Shown: positions 29,673 through 37,982 of the stretch, piece by piece
How the letters are laid out: each line of letters starts with the position of its first letter
Position numbering within the stretch: position 1 is the stretch's first letter
Origin: Patescibacteria group bacterium
GTDB taxonomy: Bacteria > Patescibacteriota > Minisyncoccia > Portnoybacterales > GWB1-42-6
Direction of reading: 5' to 3'
DNA: 64,000 nucleotides
NCBI GenBank assembly: GCA_022709865.1
Contig: JAKLIA010000001.1
Span: 127,591 to 191,590, forward strand
Notes under the pieces: model-generated
What the model saw: only the letters and a program-made list of their open reading frames with translations
Database searches by the model: none
Told to the model about the DNA's origin: nothing
Translations under genes and position numbers: made by a program

Positions 29673-29979
29673 AGGCGAGAGTCTAGTTGATTGGGAAGCG
29701 GTTTTTAGAAGCGGCCAAGCTGCTTTTATGAACTTTGGCGATGATATGAGGGCAGTTCTAAAAGAAGATTTGGCGAAAGAGCTTCAAGACAAAAAAGTTC
29801 TTTCGTTATTAACATCTGGCAACCATGAAATAATCCAACCCCGAAGCAAAATCTCTTTAAATCCAATGTTCAACCACCAGACATTATATTTTACCGAAAA
29901 AGGCCAAGCCGGCGAATATATGGCGGCGCGGCTTTGGGGCTTCCCGTGCGAGGTAGAAATTATCACGCATGGCAATTGA
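29638..29979 (+). CDS. hypothetical protein (start chosen at the Met preceded by SD GGAGGG; the ORF track extends it to 29572)
   Basis: 113 aa from MRKEYPADL...; GGAGGG lies 7 nt upstream of the ATG at 29638; no family recognised. Confidence 0.45.
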   Translation: MRKEYPADLRGKGESLVDWEAVFRSGQAAFMNFGDDMRAVLKEDLAKELQDKKVLSLLTSGNHEIIQPRSKISLNPMFNHQTLYFTEKGQAGEYMAARLWGFPCEVEIITHGN

Positions 29980-29995
29980 CAGCTATCTTTATAAA

Positions 29996-30037
29996 AGGCG
30001 GCAAATGCTAAAAAATAATAGCAGCCGCCTTTTTTTA
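29996..30037 (+). terminator. intrinsic terminator (GGCGGC...GCCGCC stem plus TTTTTTT)
   Basis: GC stem read directly, followed by a 7-nt T-run after the stop at 29979. Confidence 0.5.
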
Positions 30038-30095
30038 TTTGTGGATTAAAAAAGAAGCGGCATTGTGATACAATAAGGCTACAATAAAATATTTT

Positions 30096-32882
30096 ATGGC
30101 TCATAAGGGGACCAACAGCCAGGGCGATTTTGGCGTGAAAAAAGGCCAGCATGATTTGGCTGATTTGGCGTTGTCAAAAAACAATAAAAAAGTTAATTTT
30201 TTTGGCCGGATAATTGACCTGAGCAAGATAAAGCCGGGTGTTTTTTTGGCGGACAATAAGCCGGCGGGAAAAAAGAGAGGACGAAAAAAAAGCCTGGACT
30301 TAAAGGAAAAAAATATTATCGAACAGAAAATCGAAGCGTTGCGAAAGCCTATAGAAATTGCCCAGCCTAAATGCGATGACCTGATAGCGATATTGGCAGA
30401 AATTGAAGCCATAGATGAATCTTTGAAAAATCAGATCTGGCGCCTGGAAACCAATAATTTAGATGAGCCGATTTTAATTATTGAGCGAGCCAAACAAGAA
30501 CTATTGGACGCGGAAGATCTGGTGGAGGGCGATTTGGAAGAACTCTTGTGGCTTAAGGAAAAAGAAGCTTCTTTATTGGCCGAGCGCGATGTTTTAGAAA
30601 CTTTGCTGAGCGAATTGGCGGTTGATGATTTTTATGAAGAACAAAGAGCGGAAGTTTTGCCTTTTCGAGCAGAAGAAGAGACAAAATTGGAAAACGATTT
30701 TCCGGAAGAAGCCGTTTTGGTGCCTTCTGCTGAAGAAGAAGGCTTAGAAGCTCTGGATGAAAAAATAACTTTTGAGCAATCAGAGTTTTTATCTCGATGG
30801 CGGCAAAGCGTTAGCCAACCTAAAACCGCTTCGTTAATTCCATTTAGCCGGAAAACTTTAGGAACAAAAAGACCAGAAGAAAGACACGGGTTTTGGAGCT
30901 TTTTTTGGCGCGACCACGTAAAACCGCTTACTCGGCGCAGCGCCGGTTTTTTAACTGCCGGCAGCTTGATATTCTTGGTGATTTTCGGCATGTCTTTGGC
31001 CGGCCAGGGGCTTTTGGCCAAAGAGAATATTTTAAGCTCGGCGTTGCAAGCATATAAATCCATTTTGGCAGCTAAAGATTCGGCTTCCAACCTAAACTTT
31101 TCTGCCGCCAGCGTTAATTTTGAAACAGCATATCAAAACTTTTTATCAGCCGACCAGGAATTGAATAAAATGGGGCGGGGGATAATTTATATTTTAGAAA
31201 AACTGCCCGGCGGTTCGGTGGTGGGTTCGGGCGCTGCGCTGGTTGATGCCGGCGAGAACTTTGCTAAGGCCGGCCAAAGCTTTGCGCAAATTGCCAATAT
31301 TTTCTTGGTGGAAAAGTTTGGCGAATATTTCTCTGACAGCGGCCCGTCGTTTACCCAAAAAATCGTGGAAGCGCAAAACGAGATCGGCCAGGCGCAAAAT
31401 GCCCTGGCGGCGGCTGGCAAAAGTTTAAGCGAAGTGAACGCTAGCGATTTGCCGGCGGACTTAGCGCCGCAAGTAGCCTCGCTTCAAGAAAAAATGGCGC
31501 CGCTACTTGAAGCCGCCGGACAGCTGCAAAATTGGAGCAATATCTTTTTGGAAGTGTTGGGGCATGAACGCGCAAAAAAATATTTATTAGTTTTTCAAAA
31601 TAATTCCGAAGCTCGGCCTACCGGAGGTTTTATTGGCACTTACGGTTTAGTGGACCTGGATGAGGGCCGGCTGAAGAACTTGTTTATTGATGGGATATTT
31701 AATTTGGACGGGCAGCTTTATGAAAAAATTACTCCGCCTAAGCCCATTCAAAAGATCTCCACTGCTTGGTCAACCCATGACGCCAATTGGTTCGCGGACT
31801 TCCCAACTTCGGCTAGGAAAATAATGAGTTTTTATGAAAAAGCCGGCGGGCAAACGGTTGATGGAGTCATCTCTTTAACGCCGACTGTGGTAGAGCGGCT
31901 CCTGGCCTTAACCGGCCCGATCGACTTGCCACAATACGGAGTTTCTTTAAACAAGGATAATTTTTTGGACCTGACCCAATACAAAGTTGAGGTTGATTAC
32001 GATAAAGAATTAAACCAGCCTAAAAAGATCTTGGCGGATTTTGCGCCGCTATTTTTAGATAGACTTTGGCAGGTTTGGCCGCAACAGGGGAAAGAAATTA
32101 TCGGAGTTTTGGCGGATTCTTTAGCGGAAAAACATGTTTTGTTCTATTTTAGCAGCGAATCTTTGGAAAAAACTTTTGTTGAACAAGGCTGGGCCGGAGA
32201 GATCATGGCCACAGAAAAAGATTATTTTAGCGTTATTAATACCAATATTAATGGTTTTAAAACCGACAAAGTGCTAGAGCAGAAGATTTATCACTCCGCT
32301 AATGTCCAGGCAGACGGCTCGGTGATCGATACGGTTCGCATTGTGCGCACGCATAACGGCGGGCAAAGCCAATATGATTGGTATAACAAGGTTAACTCAA
32401 ATTACCTGCGGGTTTATGTGCCGTTGGGTTCAAAATTACTTTCAGCGCAAGGGCAAACTTTGGAAGCTTATAGCGCGCCGATAGATTATCAGGCGCAAGG
32501 ATTCAAGGCCGACCCGGAAGTGGCGGCGCAAGAGCAGGGGACAACAATTGACCAGGGCTCGGGCACGCAGATCTTCCAAGAATCGGGCAAAACGGTTTTT
32601 GGCAATTGGGTTTTTGTCAGCCCGGGCGAGAGCGTGGAGATAACATATAAATATTTATTGCCATTCAAGATAGACTTTAGCCGCGATTCGGAAAGTTATA
32701 GTTTGTTGGCGCAAAAGCAATCTGGCAGCGCGGGCAGCGATTTTGAAAGCGTTTTGCATTTGCCCCAGCAAGCTAAAATTACTTGGCAATATCCGGCTAG
32801 TTTAACTAACGACGGAGGACAGATAAAGTTCAGCGATAATTTGAAAACCGATAAGTTTTACGGATTGGTATTTGGAAAATAA
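30096..32882 (+). CDS. large membrane protein: acidic coiled-coil cytoplasmic N-terminus, one TM, large extracytoplasmic domain (DUF4012-like)
   Basis: 928 aa; E/L/K-rich N-terminal 250 aa; TM FLTAGSLIFLVIFGMSLAG; the extracellular region with the ARPTGGFIGTYG motif resembles the DUF4012 family common in CPR and Actinobacteria (recalled, not searched); its stop overlaps the murJ start (TAATG). Confidence 0.6.
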   Translation: MAHKGTNSQGDFGVKKGQHDLADLALSKNNKKVNFFGRIIDLSKIKPGVFLADNKPAGKKRGRKKSLDLKEKNIIEQKIEALRKPIEIAQPKCDDLIAILAEIEAIDESLKNQIWRLETNNLDEPILIIERAKQELLDAEDLVEGDLEELLWLKEKEASLLAERDVLETLLSELAVDDFYEEQRAEVLPFRAEEETKLENDFPEEAVLVPSAEEEGLEALDEKITFEQSEFLSRWRQSVSQPKTASLIPFSRKTLGTKRPEERHGFWSFFWRDHVKPLTRRSAGFLTAGSLIFLVIFGMSLAGQGLLAKENILSSALQAYKSILAAKDSASNLNFSAASVNFETAYQNFLSADQELNKMGRGIIYILEKLPGGSVVGSGAALVDAGENFAKAGQSFAQIANIFLVEKFGEYFSDSGPSFTQKIVEAQNEIGQAQNALAAAGKSLSEVNASDLPADLAPQVASLQEKMAPLLEAAGQLQNWSNIFLEVLGHERAKKYLLVFQNNSEARPTGGFIGTYGLVDLDEGRLKNLFIDGIFNLDGQLYEKITPPKPIQKISTAWSTHDANWFADFPTSARKIMSFYEKAGGQTVDGVISLTPTVVERLLALTGPIDLPQYGVSLNKDNFLDLTQYKVEVDYDKELNQPKKILADFAPLFLDRLWQVWPQQGKEIIGVLADSLAEKHVLFYFSSESLEKTFVEQGWAGEIMATEKDYFSVINTNINGFKTDKVLEQKIYHSANVQADGSVIDTVRIVRTHNGGQSQYDWYNKVNSNYLRVYVPLGSKLLSAQGQTLEAYSAPIDYQAQGFKADPEVAAQEQGTTIDQGSGTQIFQESGKTVFGNWVFVSPGESVEITYKYLLPFKIDFSRDSESYSLLAQKQSGSAGSDFESVLHLPQQAKITWQYPASLTNDGGQIKFSDNLKTDKFYGLVFGK

Positions 32883-34507
32883 TGTGGAAAATCTTTAGCG
32901 CAAAAATCTTAAATGGGCAGTCCCAAACTATTACCAGCGCGGCTTTGGTTTTAGCCCTGGCTTCTTTGGTTAGCCGACTGCTGGGTTTAGTGCGCGATAG
33001 AATGCTAGCCGGGCAGTTTGGCGCTGGCGACACGCTGGATATATATTATGCGGCTTTTCGCGCGCCGGATATGGTTTACAATTTGTTGATCATGGGAGCT
33101 CTTTCGGCCGGATTTATTCCGGTTTTTGTGAGCCTCTGGCGCGAGTCTCAAGACAATAGCGAAGCTTGGCATTTTTTTAACAGCCTTTTGAACCTTTTAT
33201 TGATCGGGCTCTTGGTTGTTGGCGCCTTGCTTTTTATTTTCACTCCGCAATTAATGCGCTTGATAACGCCAGGTTTCTCCGGTGAAAAACTTGATTTGAC
33301 CATAGCCTTAACGCGGATAATGTTTTTAAGCCCGCTGCTTTTGGGCTTAAGTTCTCTTTGGGGCGGAGTGCTGCAGAGTTTGAAAAGATTTTTAGTTTTT
33401 TCACTGACTCCGATCTTCTATAACCTGGGAATTATTTTTGGCATTGTATTTTTAGTGCCGAGGCTTGGCATTTATGGTTTGGCTTGGGGCGTAGTGCTGG
33501 GAGCAGCGGCGCACATGGCAATTCAATTGCCAACGTTATTTTCTTTAGGCTTTAGATATCAGCCAATTTTAGATTGGCGCAATAAAGGAGTGGCCAGGTT
33601 GGCGCGCTTAATGGTGCCTCGCACTCTAACTTTAGCCGTCTCGCAGCTTAATTTTATGGCTATCACGGTGCTGGCTTCATTTTTGGCGGCAGGGAGCTTG
33701 GCAGTTTTTAATTTAGCTTATAATATTTGGACTTTCCCGCTGGGAATCTTAGCGGCTTCTTTGGCGACAGCGGCTTTTCCGGTTCTGGCAAAAAGCGCAG
33801 CGGATAAAGATGACGCCGGTTTTACGAAAACTTTTTCCGCTACTTTTCGCCAGATATTATTTTTAATGGTGCCGGCCAGCGTTTTGCTGGTGGTTTTGCG
33901 GGCGCAGATAGTGCGCGTGATATTAGGGGTGGGAAACTTTGATTGGAATGACACGATCTTAACGATTAACTCATTACAATATTTAACCGTTGGCCTTTTT
34001 GCTGAAGGGCTTATCTTGCTTCTGGTCCGCGGATTTTTTGCTTTTGAAGATACCAGGACGCCTTTCTGGCTGGGGCTGGTTAGCTCGATCTTCAGGGTCG
34101 CCGGCGCCTGGTTTTTTGCTCTCTATATGGGGGTGGCGGGGTTGGCGCTGGGATATGCAGCTGGCAGCTTAGTTAATTTGATGCTGCTGTGGATATTTTT
34201 GGAAAAAAAGACCGGAGACCTAAACTTCGGGGAAGTTTTTAAAAGCGCGGTGAAGATATTTGCCGCTTCTTTTTTAGCGGGTATTGGCGCTTATTGGGCG
34301 CTGCGCTTGCTCGATAATTGGCTAAACACGGAGGTGGCTTTAGGGCTTTTTGCCCAAGGCCTGCTGGCTGGGATTGCGGGCTTGCTCATTTATTTTTTGA
34401 TCGCTTTTATCCTTCGTTTGCCGGAGATGGAAGCTTTTTGCCGGTCGATAAAGGATCGCTTGCCGTTCAAATCAGTGGCGCCGGATAAAGAAATTATCCA
34501 AGATTAA
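32882..34507 (+). CDS. murJ: lipid II flippase MurJ (MOP superfamily)
   Basis: 541 aa, about 14 TM segments; N-terminal LVSRLLGLVRDRMLAGQFGAGDTLDIYYAAFRAPD is the MurJ/MviN signature. Confidence 0.88.
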   Translation: MWKIFSAKILNGQSQTITSAALVLALASLVSRLLGLVRDRMLAGQFGAGDTLDIYYAAFRAPDMVYNLLIMGALSAGFIPVFVSLWRESQDNSEAWHFFNSLLNLLLIGLLVVGALLFIFTPQLMRLITPGFSGEKLDLTIALTRIMFLSPLLLGLSSLWGGVLQSLKRFLVFSLTPIFYNLGIIFGIVFLVPRLGIYGLAWGVVLGAAAHMAIQLPTLFSLGFRYQPILDWRNKGVARLARLMVPRTLTLAVSQLNFMAITVLASFLAAGSLAVFNLAYNIWTFPLGILAASLATAAFPVLAKSAADKDDAGFTKTFSATFRQILFLMVPASVLLVVLRAQIVRVILGVGNFDWNDTILTINSLQYLTVGLFAEGLILLLVRGFFAFEDTRTPFWLGLVSSIFRVAGAWFFALYMGVAGLALGYAAGSLVNLMLLWIFLEKKTGDLNFGEVFKSAVKIFAASFLAGIGAYWALRLLDNWLNTEVALGLFAQGLLAGIAGLLIYFLIAFILRLPEMEAFCRSIKDRLPFKSVAPDKEIIQD

Positions 34508-34510
34508 TTT

Positions 34511-35134
34511 ATGGCTTCTCCGGTCACTCATATTGTTTTAACCGATAAAGTTTTTAATAAATATTTTCCGGGGCATGACCGGAAAAAGTTTTTTATTGGC
34601 ACGAGTTTCCCCGATATCCGCTATTACGATAATATGGACCGGGAAGAAACGCATCCGGACGGCAAAACTTTGGCGGCCATAATTAAAGAAGATTCTTTTT
34701 CGGCTGGTTTGCACTTCCATGCTTTATTGGATAAAAAATGGGGAGCTTTTTATTATCAACAGAGGAGCCAGCCGGCTTTTATTTCGTCTTGGCATGTTTT
34801 TGGCACGGCTTTAAAGTTTTTTCAGGACGAATTATTTTATGAACGTTTTGGCGGCTGGGCAAGCGTGAGTTCTTTTTTTGACGATATTTTAGAGGAAGAA
34901 AAAAGTTTTGATCCAGATTTGAGCGAAGAAGATATTCGCGGCTGGCACGGGCGTTTGCAAAAATATTTTGCCCAAAAACCTAATGAAGAGACGCGTCGTT
35001 TTAGCCTGGTCGATAATGAAGCGACCGGGGACTTTTTAAAGCAGGTTAACGTGTTCATTGAGCAAATGCGGGCCAATAAGGAAATCACTGAAAGCTTAAA
35101 TGATTTTTACGATAAGTTTGAAAGCTTGTTTTAG
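34511..35134 (+). CDS. hypothetical protein (possible zinc-dependent phospholipase C / P1-nuclease-like fold)
   Basis: 207 aa; N-terminal VTHIVLTDK and later HFHALLD histidine motifs loosely resemble Zn-dependent PLC; weak. Confidence 0.3.
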   Translation: MASPVTHIVLTDKVFNKYFPGHDRKKFFIGTSFPDIRYYDNMDREETHPDGKTLAAIIKEDSFSAGLHFHALLDKKWGAFYYQQRSQPAFISSWHVFGTALKFFQDELFYERFGGWASVSSFFDDILEEEKSFDPDLSEEDIRGWHGRLQKYFAQKPNEETRRFSLVDNEATGDFLKQVNVFIEQMRANKEITESLNDFYDKFESLF

Positions 35135-35177
35135 GCTTTTTTGGCTTCAACGGCGGGGTTGAAAAAAGAGCTGATTT

Positions 35178-37016
35178 ATGGCAGAATTAAGTCGTCTAAA
35201 AGGCGATTTTTTATTTATGGAGAATATTAGGAACTTTTGCATAGTAGCGCATATCGACCATGGCAAATCCACTTTGGCGGACCGGCTTTTAGAATTGACC
35301 GGCGCAATCGAAAAACGAAAAATGAAAGACCAGCTTTTGGATACGATGGACCTGGAGCGCGAGCGGGGCATCACTATAAAATTGCAGCCCGTGAGAATGA
35401 ATTATTGCTTGGCGGGGCAGGACTATATGTTGAATCTGATCGATACTCCCGGGCATGTGGATTTCTCTTACGAGGTTTCGCGGTCTCTAGCGGCAGTGGA
35501 AGGCGCAATCTTGTTGGTGGATGCCACCAAGGGCGTGCAAGCGCAAACTTTGGCGAATCTCTATTTGGCGCAGCAGCAAGGCTTAACGATCGTGCCGGCA
35601 ATAAATAAAATTGACCTGCCGGGCGCGCAAGTGGAAATGGTGGAGGGCGAAATTAAAGAATTGCTCGGCCAGGAAACAGAGATCTATAAGATTTCCGGCA
35701 AAGAAGGAACCGGGGTTGAGGAATTGTTGCAAGCGGTTATAACTAAGGTTCCGTCGCCAAAGATGGATAAAGCCAAGCCTTTTCGTTCTTTGGTTTTTGA
35801 TTCCAACTACGATTCTTATAAAGGTGTTCTGGCTTATGTGCGGGTTTTTGATGGGCAAATCAAACGAGGGGATAAAATAACTTTTATGGCTTCGGGCGCC
35901 CGGGTGGAAGTGATCGAAGCGGGGATTTTTACGCCAGCTTTAAAATCAACTGATAAATTATCAGCTGGAGAAATTGGCTATATTGCTACCGGCCTTAAAG
36001 AAGTGGCGCTTTGCCGGGTAGGCGATACGATAGTCCATTGGCCGGCGGCGGCGGGTTTGGCATCTTTGCCCGGATATAAAGAGCCCAAGCCCATGGTTTT
36101 TGCCAGCTTTTATCCGGCGGTGCTGGAAAAGCAGGAGGCGCAGGATTATAACTTGTTGCGCGATGCGTTGGGCAAATTAAAGTTAAGCGATGCAGCGCTG
36201 GTTTTTGAGCCGGAAAGCTCCGATGCTTTGGGCCGCGGATTTAAATGCGGGTTTTTAGGCATGTTGCACTTGGAAATAGTTTCCGAGCGGCTACGCCGGG
36301 AATATAATTTGGAATTGATCGTGACCACGCCCAGCGTTGTTTACCAGATAAGAAAAAGGAATGGCGAAGAATTAACGATCTATTCTCCCCAGCAACTGCC
36401 CGATCCCAGCCATATAGATGAAGTGCGCGAGCCTTGGGTGAAGTTGGAGGTTATTTCTCCCAGCGAATATTTGGGAGTAGTGATGAAACTGTTGCAATCA
36501 GTCGGAGGGGCTTATTTGGATACGCAGTATCTTGGCACGCAGCGCGTAGTTATATCTTATGAAGCGCCTTTGCGGGAAATTATCGTGGACTTTTACGATA
36601 AATTAAAAAGCGCGACTTCCGGCTATGCTTCAATGGGCTATGAGCTTATCGGGTGGCGGGAAGATGATCTGGTGAGGCTGGATATTTTGGTGGCGCAAGA
36701 GCCGGTGGAGGCTTTTGCTAGAATTATTCCTCGGCATAAAGCGGCAGGCGAGGGCCGGATGGTGGTGGAAAAATTAAAAGAACTTTTGCCTCCGCAGATG
36801 TTTGCGGTAGCGATCCAAGCGGCTGTTGGCGGAAAGATCGTGGCGCGGGAAGACTTGGCGGCGCGGCGCAAGGACGTGACAGCAAAATTATACGGCGGAG
36901 ACGTGACGCGCAAAAATAAGCTTCTTGATAAGCAGCGCAAAGGAAAAAAGAAAATGCGGGACCGGGGGAGCGTTAATATTCCGCAAGAGGTGTTTTTGAA
37001 GGTTTTAAAGAAGTAA
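35178..37016 (+). CDS. lepA: elongation factor 4 (LepA); the likely true start is the Met at 35217 (MENIRNF...)
   Basis: 612 aa; NFCIVAHIDHGKST, DTPGHVDF and the LepA-specific C-terminal domain. Confidence 0.93.
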   Translation: MAELSRLKGDFLFMENIRNFCIVAHIDHGKSTLADRLLELTGAIEKRKMKDQLLDTMDLERERGITIKLQPVRMNYCLAGQDYMLNLIDTPGHVDFSYEVSRSLAAVEGAILLVDATKGVQAQTLANLYLAQQQGLTIVPAINKIDLPGAQVEMVEGEIKELLGQETEIYKISGKEGTGVEELLQAVITKVPSPKMDKAKPFRSLVFDSNYDSYKGVLAYVRVFDGQIKRGDKITFMASGARVEVIEAGIFTPALKSTDKLSAGEIGYIATGLKEVALCRVGDTIVHWPAAAGLASLPGYKEPKPMVFASFYPAVLEKQEAQDYNLLRDALGKLKLSDAALVFEPESSDALGRGFKCGFLGMLHLEIVSERLRREYNLELIVTTPSVVYQIRKRNGEELTIYSPQQLPDPSHIDEVREPWVKLEVISPSEYLGVVMKLLQSVGGAYLDTQYLGTQRVVISYEAPLREIIVDFYDKLKSATSGYASMGYELIGWREDDLVRLDILVAQEPVEAFARIIPRHKAAGEGRMVVEKLKELLPPQMFAVAIQAAVGGKIVAREDLAARRKDVTAKLYGGDVTRKNKLLDKQRKGKKKMRDRGSVNIPQEVFLKVLKK

Positions 37017-37191
37017 AAAGCCGCTAAAAATAGCGGCAATTGAAAAAAAGACTGATTCTGTTATTATCAAAACATCGGAGCGAAAAGGAAGGCTAGCATG
37101 CTAAAAACCACGACTGAAGCCGTGACTATCCAAAAGATGCGCAAGGTTTTGCTTTTTCTAGTAAAATCCATATAGCTATTTTAGCAAATCG

Positions 37192-37602
37192 ATGGAAGAA
37201 AACAAGTTTAAAAAATTTTTTAGCTCCCGAGTCGTCCTTTTTTTGCTGCTCTTGGCGTTTGTTTGGTTGAGTTTGGTGCTGGCCAAGGCCTTTTATAAAA
37301 AACGCCAAATGGACCAGGAAATCTCTTCACTGAAAACGGAAATAGAAAAAATGGATAAAAAAGGGCAAGAGTTAAACCAGCTGTTAAGTTATTTTAATAG
37401 TCAGTCGTATTTGGAAAAAGAGGCCAAAGATAAATTAAATCTGAAAAAAGAAGGGGAGAGCGTAGTGATGGTGCAAGGGGTGAGCTCGGAAGAATTGGCG
37501 GCTAGTGAAAATGTTGGTAATTTATCTATTGAGGCGGCGGTTAGCGAGCAGGTCGAAGATAATAATTTAGTAAAGTGGTGGAAGTTTTTCTTTAAGCGTT
37601 AG
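37192..37602 (+). CDS. septum formation initiator family protein (FtsB/DivIC-like)
   Basis: 136 aa; single N-terminal TM followed by a heptad coiled coil (QEISSLKTEIEKMDKKGQELNQ) and a short C-terminal domain. Confidence 0.6.
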   Translation: MEENKFKKFFSSRVVLFLLLLAFVWLSLVLAKAFYKKRQMDQEISSLKTEIEKMDKKGQELNQLLSYFNSQSYLEKEAKDKLNLKKEGESVVMVQGVSSEELAASENVGNLSIEAAVSEQVEDNNLVKWWKFFFKR

Positions 37603-37669
37603 ATGATTTTATTTTAGCTTTTGCGGTTTTAGCGGGCTTGCCCGCCGAAGCTCGCAATAGCGAGCATAG

Positions 37670-37740
37670 GCGGGTATGGTTCAGTGGTAGAACGCGACCT
37701 TCCCAAGGTTGAGATGCGGGTCCGATTCCCGCTACCCGCT
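37670..37740 (+). tRNA. tRNA-Gly (anticodon CCC)
   Basis: Cloverleaf: acceptor GCGGGTA/TACCCGC, D stem GTTC/GAAC, anticodon stem CGACC/GGTTG with loop TTCCCAA, T stem GCGGG/CCCGC with loop TCCGATT; discriminator U; CCA not encoded. Confidence 0.8.
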
Positions 37741-37747
37741 CAGAGTT

Positions 37748-37871
37748 AGGGACGCAAGCCAACTGCTTGGCTTGCGTTGGGAATCGGACGCCGGAGCGTT
37801 GTTGCGCCAGCAGGCGCAACCGCGAGGCGGTGGCTAGCCCAAGGAGCGCGACGGCGCGACGAGAGGCGAAG
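37748..37871 (+). repeat. GC-rich structured repeat element, copy A (about 124 nt) between tRNA-Gly and tRNA-Thr; homologous to 40865-40997
   Basis: Shares about 80% identity over about 125 nt with copy B; contains a perfect 10-bp hairpin CGCAAGCCAA-CTGC-TTGGCTTGCG and conserved blocks CGCCGGAGCGTTG, CCAGCAGGCG, CGCGAGGCGGTGG, GGAGCGCG-CGGCGCGACGAGAG. Confidence 0.8.
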
Positions 37872-37897
37872 CCGATTCCCGCTACCCGCTCAGAGTT
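37872..37897 (+). repeat. 26-nt direct repeat duplicating the tRNA-Gly 3' end (T-loop to 7 nt past the 3' end); partner at 37722-37747
   Basis: CCGATTCCCGCTACCCGCTCAGAGTT occurs identically at 37722-37747 and 37872-37897, flanking repeat copy A like attL/attR. Confidence 0.85.
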
Positions 37898-37901
37898 TTA
37901 T

Positions 37902-37976
37902 GCCGAAGTAGCTCAGTGGTAGAGCAATCGCTTCGTAAGCGATAGGTCGTGAGTTCAATCCTCACCTTCGGCTCCA
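37902..37976 (+). tRNA. tRNA-Thr (anticodon CGU), CCA encoded
   Basis: Acceptor GCCGAAG/CTTCGGC, D stem GCTC/GAGC, anticodon stem ATCGC/GCGAT with loop TTCGTAA, T stem GTGAG/CTCAC with loop TTCAATC, then U and CCA. Confidence 0.8.
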
Positions 37977-37982
37977 TATTTT

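Noticed and set aside
35237-35608. Alternative-frame ORFs (plus 123 aa, minus 75 aa) within lepA
   Set aside because: They lie inside lepA, and the Gly/Arg/Ala-rich translations are typical of off-frame reads.
37748-37871. Considered whether the GC-rich repeat is an SRP (4.5S) RNA, tmRNA or RNase P fragment
   Set aside because: It lacks the SRP domain-IV GGAA/AGCAGC internal loop, lacks a tmRNA tag reading frame and a T-arm plus CCA, and lacks the RNase P P4 GGAAAGUCCGG motif. Two diverged copies next to different tRNAs fit a dispersed repeat better.
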